A stretch of DNA of 62,875 bases, counting the filler. It is 6 parts of 6 records of this genome, joined end to end, with 100 filler letters (N's around TTAATTAATTAA, not from the genome) between each part and the next. Parts side by side here need not be neighbours in the genome. Positions count along the whole stretch, not along the records: positions 58,631 to 62,875 come from SRR20825010_6079; 5 more parts are not named here. One strand, 5' to 3'. A program made the position numbers and the translations under genes. Below, piece after piece: positions 58,815-62,875 of the stretch. The notes beneath the pieces are model-generated. The model did no database searches, had not been told where the DNA came from, and saw nothing but the letters and a program-made list of their open reading frames with translations. Within the stretch, counting starts at the first letter, position 1; each line of letters begins with the position of its first letter.

Positions 58815-58843
58815 GCTTTATGACATGACTGGGATTTGAGAAG

Positions 58844-60109
58844 ATGCGCAGAGTTGTCATAACCGGCACAGGTGTGGTTTCTCCGCTCGGTTGCGGTACC
58901 GAGATCACCTGGTCTCGCCTGATCGGCGGCCAAAACGGTGCCTCCCGCGTCACAACTTTCGACGTCAGCGACATTGCGGCCCAGATCGCCTGTTCGGTTC
59001 CCACCGACACCTCGGTCGAGGGCGGCTTCAATCCGGACGACTGGATGGAGCCCAAGGAACAGCGCAAGGTCGACAAGTTCATTCTTTTCGGCGTGGCCGC
59101 GGCCGACATGGCGCTGAAGGATGCCGGCTGGCATCCTCAGAGCCGTGAAGACCAGATCGCCACCGGCGTGATGATCGGCTCCGGCGTCGGCGGGCTCGAG
59201 GGCATCGTCGAGGCCGGCTACACCCTGCGCGACAAGGGCCCCCGCCGGGTGTCCCCGTTCTTCATTCCCGGCCGCCTGATCAACCTGATCTCCGGACAGG
59301 TCTCGATCCGGCACGGATTGCGCGGCCCCAACCACGCGGTTGTGACGGCCTGCTCGACCGGCGCCCACGCGATTGGCGACGCGGCCCGGCTGATCGCGCT
59401 GGGTGACGCCGAGGTCATGGTTGCCGGCGGCGCCGAAGCCGCCATCTGCCGCATCGGCCTGGCCGGCTTTGCCGCCTGCAAGGCGCTGTCGACCTCCTAC
59501 AACGACACCCCGGAAAAGGCCTCGCGCCCCTATGACCGCGACCGCGACGGCTTCGTAATGGGCGAGGGCGCGGCCATCGTGGTTCTCGAGGAACTGGACC
59601 ATGCGCTTGCGCGCGGCGCCAACATCATCGCCGAAGTGGTCGGCTACGGCCTGTCGGGCGACGCCTACCACATCACCGCGCCGTCGGAAGACGGTGATGG
59701 CGCCTACCGCTGCATGCAGATGGCGCTCAAGCGCGCCGGCATCACGCCCGCCGACATCGACTATATCAACGCCCATGGCACCTCCACCATGGCCGACACC
59801 ATCGAACTGGGCGCGGTCGAGCGGCTGGTGGGCGACGCTGCGTCGGGGATTTCGATGTCGTCGACCAAGTCGTCGATCGGCCATCTCTTGGGCGCTGCCG
59901 GCGCGATGGAAGCGGTCTTTTCCGCACTCGCCATCCGCGACAATGTCGCGCCTCCGACGCTCAATCTGGACAATCCGGAAGTCGAGACCAGGATCGACCT
60001 GGTCCCCAAGGTGGCGCGCAAGCGCAAGATCGATGTCGCGCTGTCCAATTCCTTCGGCTTTGGCGGAACCAATGCATCGCTTGTGCTGAAGCGCTTTGAG
60101 GGCCAATGA
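58844..60109 (+). CDS. fabF: beta-ketoacyl-ACP synthase II
   Basis: TACSTG, NAHGTST, KSSIGHLLGAAG and NSFGFGG. Confidence 0.97.
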   Translation: MRRVVITGTGVVSPLGCGTEITWSRLIGGQNGASRVTTFDVSDIAAQIACSVPTDTSVEGGFNPDDWMEPKEQRKVDKFILFGVAAADMALKDAGWHPQSREDQIATGVMIGSGVGGLEGIVEAGYTLRDKGPRRVSPFFIPGRLINLISGQVSIRHGLRGPNHAVVTACSTGAHAIGDAARLIALGDAEVMVAGGAEAAICRIGLAGFAACKALSTSYNDTPEKASRPYDRDRDGFVMGEGAAIVVLEELDHALARGANIIAEVVGYGLSGDAYHITAPSEDGDGAYRCMQMALKRAGITPADIDYINAHGTSTMADTIELGAVERLVGDAASGISMSSTKSSIGHLLGAAGAMEAVFSALAIRDNVAPPTLNLDNPEVETRIDLVPKVARKRKIDVALSNSFGFGGTNASLVLKRFEGQ

Positions 60110-60222
60110 CGGTGCGGCCGGTTTGAGAAGCTCCTCTCACGATCCGGCATTTCGCCACATTGAGCGGCAAGAACGAAGCATCGGGCTCTGCCCCTTTTCC
60201 AATTCCTGCGGAGATTGACCCC

Positions 60223-61422
60223 GTGAACGACCGCAATAATCAAGGCAAGGGTATTTTTGGCCGCGCTGGCGACAATGGCTCTGCACCGTCCGGTCCGATC
60301 ATACCGGTATCGCCCTCGCAGGCCTTGAAGCCCGAGAAGGCCCCGCCGCCGCCGAAGCGCTCGCGCCGCGCCCGCAACCAGGTCGTGGTGTTCCTCAATT
60401 TCATTCTCTCGCTGGTCATCTTCGTCGCCATCGTCGGTATCGGCATCTTCTGGTACGGCAAGACCGAGTTCGAAGGCCGCGGGCCGCTCGACCGCACCAC
60501 CGATTTCATGGTGCGCGAAGGCGCCGGCCTCAACCAGATTGCCGCGGCGCTGGAACGCGAGGGCATCATCACCAATCAGCGGATCTTCTCGATCGGCGCC
60601 AAGGGCGTCCTCGGCGACGATACGCTCAAGGCCGGCGAATACGAGATCAAGGCACACGCGTCGATGCTCGAGATCATCGAGCTGATGCAGTCGGGCAAAT
60701 CCATCTTGCATTCCTTCACCGTGCCGGAAGGCCAGACCGTGCAGCAGGTCTTCGACCGGCTCAGGGCCGACGAGATGCTTGAGGGCGACCTGCCGACGGA
60801 AATACCGCCCGAAGGCGCTCTTCTGCCGGAGACCTACAAGTTCTCCCGCGGCACCACCCGCGCCGAGATCGTCGAGCAGATGATCAAGGCCCAGACGCGG
60901 GCTCTCGCCGGGGTCTGGGAGCGGCGCGACCCCGACCTGCCGCTTGAAACGCCCGAGGAACTGGTCATTCTCGCCTCCATCGTCGAGAAGGAAACTGCGC
61001 GCGCCGACGAGCGGCCGCGCGTCGCCGGCGTTTTCATCAACCGGTTGAACAAGGGCATGCGGCTGCAGTCCGACCCCACGATCATCTATGGTCTTTTCGG
61101 CGGAGCCGGAAAGCCGGCCGACCGCCCGATCTACAGGTCCGATATCGACAAGCCGACGCCCTACAACACCTATGTGATCAACGGGCTGCCGCCCACACCG
61201 ATTGCCAATCCTGGCCGCGAGGCGATGGAGGCGGTCGCCAATCCGTCGCGGACCAAGGATCTGTACTTCGTGGCCGACGGCAGCGGCGGACACGCATTCG
61301 CCGAAACGCTGGACGACCACAATTCCAATGTTGCCCGCTGGCGCAGGCTTGAGGCCGAGCGTGAAAAGGCGCTGGCCGCGGAGAAGGCGGCCGAGACCGA
61401 GGCCAACACGCAAGGCAATTGA
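60223..61422 (+). CDS. mltG: endolytic transglycosylase MltG
   Basis: N-terminal TM, LKAGEY, EGALLPETY, ASIVEKET, LQSDPT and YNTY..GLPPTPI; GGAG RBS before GTG 60223. Confidence 0.95.
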   Translation: MNDRNNQGKGIFGRAGDNGSAPSGPIIPVSPSQALKPEKAPPPPKRSRRARNQVVVFLNFILSLVIFVAIVGIGIFWYGKTEFEGRGPLDRTTDFMVREGAGLNQIAAALEREGIITNQRIFSIGAKGVLGDDTLKAGEYEIKAHASMLEIIELMQSGKSILHSFTVPEGQTVQQVFDRLRADEMLEGDLPTEIPPEGALLPETYKFSRGTTRAEIVEQMIKAQTRALAGVWERRDPDLPLETPEELVILASIVEKETARADERPRVAGVFINRLNKGMRLQSDPTIIYGLFGGAGKPADRPIYRSDIDKPTPYNTYVINGLPPTPIANPGREAMEAVANPSRTKDLYFVADGSGGHAFAETLDDHNSNVARWRRLEAEREKALAAEKAAETEANTQGN

Positions 61423-61479
61423 TTGTGTGAACACCGTGGCCTGTCCGGGCCATGTCGAGGGAAAAAGGGGGCATGAGGC

Positions 61480-62367
61480 ATGGCTATCCAGTCGATGACG
61501 GGGTTTGCGCGCCATGAGGGCGAAGCCTCCGGTCTCCGCTTCGTGTGGGAACTCCGTTCGGTCAACGGCAAGAACCTCGATGTGCGGTTGCGGCTGCCGC
61601 AGGGCTTCGAGGCGCTCGAACAGCCGATCCGCAAGGCCGTCGCGGCGGCCCTGACGCGCGGCAACCTGCAGGTATCGCTTTCGACCAGCGTGACCGGCAC
61701 GGCGGTGGAAGCCGTGGTCAACGAAGCAGCGCTTGATGCCGTCATCGACCTCGTCAACCGGCTGGAAGACCGGATCGATGCCCGCAAGCCGGCGCTCGAC
61801 GGCATTCTCAACATCAAGGGCGTTCTCGAATTCCGCGATCCCGAACTGTCCGATGAAGTCCGCGAAGCGCGCAATCAGGCGGTGCTTGACGGTTTCATGA
61901 GCGCGCTCGAGGAACTCAAGGCGATGCGGCTGTCGGAAGGCGCGGCCCTGGCCCGCGTGCTCGGCGCCCAGGTCGATCACATCGGCGCGCTGACCCTGGC
62001 GGTCGAGGCGGATCCCTCGCGTTCGCCGGAAGCCATTCGCGCGCGGCTGGCCGAGCAGGTGGCAAGCCTGATGGATACCGGCGCCGGGCTTGATCGCGAC
62101 CGGCTCTACATGGAAGCCGCACTTCTGGCCACCAAGGCGGACCTGCGCGAGGAAATCGACCGGCTCAAGGCGCATGTCGAGGCGGCCAGGGCGCTAATTG
62201 GCGGCGAGGCCGCCGCCGGCCGCCGGCTTGATTTCCTGGCCCAGGAATTCAACCGCGAAACCAACACCATATGTTCGAAATCCAATGCGGCGTCGGTCAC
62301 TGCGATCGGACTTGATTTGAAGGTCCTGATAGACCAGTTTCGCGAACAAGTTCAGAATCTGGAGTAG
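61480..62367 (+). CDS. yicC: YicC/YloC family endoribonuclease
   Basis: [38 protein letters not shown] and REQVQNLE. Confidence 0.95.
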   Translation: MAIQSMTGFARHEGEASGLRFVWELRSVNGKNLDVRLRLPQGFEALEQPIRKAVAAALTRGNLQVSLSTSVTGTAVEAVVNEAALDAVIDLVNRLEDRIDARKPALDGILNIKGVLEFRDPELSDEVREARNQAVLDGFMSALEELKAMRLSEGAALARVLGAQVDHIGALTLAVEADPSRSPEAIRARLAEQVASLMDTGAGLDRDRLYMEAALLATKADLREEIDRLKAHVEAARALIGGEAAAGRRLDFLAQEFNRETNTICSKSNAASVTAIGLDLKVLIDQFREQVQNLE

Positions 62368-62369
62368 CG

Positions 62370-62875
62370 ATGAGCCAGCCGCCCGCCCATCTTCCCTCGG
62401 CCCGCATCAAGCGGCGCGGCCTCATGCTGGTGATTTCCTCGCCCTCGGGTGCCGGTAAATCCACCATTGCCCGCAACCTGCTCGAAAGCGACAACGGCCT
62501 GAGCCTGTCGGTCAGCGTGACCACGCGCCCGCGCCGCGGCAGCGAGATCGATGGCGTGCACTACCATTTCAAGTCAAAGCGCGATTTCGAGCGGATGCGG
62601 GATTCCGAGGCGCTGCTCGAATGGGCAGAGGTGCATGGCAATTGCTACGGCACGCCGCGCGAGGCCGCCGAGGTGGCGATGGCCGAGGGCCGCGACATGC
62701 TGTTCGACATCGACTGGCAGGGTGCGCAGCAATTGCAGGAGAAGATGAGCGCCGACGTGGTGTCGATCTTCATCCTGCCGCCCTCGATGGAAGAGCTGCG
62801 CGCCCGGCTGCACCGCCGCGCCGAGGACACCGAGGAAGTGATCGAGCAGCGGCTCGCCAACGCCCGCTCGGAAAT
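62370..62875 (+). CDS. gmk: guanylate kinase, 3'-truncated (absent from ORF track)
   Basis: Manual translation [60 protein letters not shown]. Confidence 0.96.
   Translation, partial: MSQPPAHLPSARIKRRGLMLVISSPSGAGKSTIARNLLESDNGLSLSVSVTTRPRRGSEIDGVHYHFKSKRDFERMRDSEALLEWAEVHGNCYGTPREAAEVAMAEGRDMLFDIDWQGAQQLQEKMSADVVSIFILPPSMEELRARLHRRAEDTEEVIEQRLANARSE

Noticed and set aside
58583..62175. 507-aa and 804-aa minus-strand ORFs
   Set aside because: Mirror frames of fabF, mltG and yicC in high-GC DNA; the sense genes form the conserved acpP-fabF-mltG-yicC-gmk block.
1..62875. CRISPR arrays, rRNA, tRNA, known riboswitches, IS elements
   Set aside because: No repeat-spacer periodicity, cloverleaf, recognisable riboswitch consensus or transposase found by eye; an Infernal/tRNAscan run would be needed to exclude small RNAs fully.

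Overview
This window is not one genomic locus. It is six unrelated fragments joined by five identical artificial 100-bp spacers (44 N + TTAATTAATTAA + 44 N, giving stops in all six frames), consistent with a concatenated metagenome or mixed-culture assembly. Taxon calls are inferred from GC content and gene families. (1) 1-4993, mid-GC alphaproteobacterium (Thalassospira-like): acyltransferase-like/esterase fusion, GntR-OsmC, and a methyltransferase divergent from an iron-chelate ABC transporter. (2) 5094-22281, AT-rich Flavobacteriaceae: MoxR/DUF4350/DUF4129/SpoIIM/RDD cluster, cyclophilin, NUDIX, ECF sigma, ndh, xerD, aroQ, lpdA, msrB, glgB. (3) 22382-48162, planctomycete (Rhodopirellula-like): PVC-type dehydrogenase, rlmN-like, scpB, ECF sigma, ruvB, sulfatase, LptD-like, adenylate cyclase, membrane P-loop NTPase, korAB-cysK-gdhA, DUF1559 cassette. 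(4) 48263-54251, betaproteobacterium (Limnobacter-like): AraC, toxin-first TA pair, Baeyer-Villiger monooxygenase, ThDP enzyme + ALDH. (5) 54352-58530, high-GC Rhizobiales RND pump. (6) 58631-62875, Rhizobiales acpP-fabF-mltG-yicC-gmk. I see no CRISPR array, rRNA, tRNA or transposase, and I cannot demonstrate a complete new system. The best leads are a KAP-like two-TM NTPase with an upstream exported partner (37.7-39.9 kb), an 'acetolactate synthase' + ALDH pair that may be a 2-oxoglutarate decarboxylase/SSADH shunt, two degenerate inverted heptamer arrays in the flavobacterial fragment, and two apparently leaderless genes with perfect palindromic operators.
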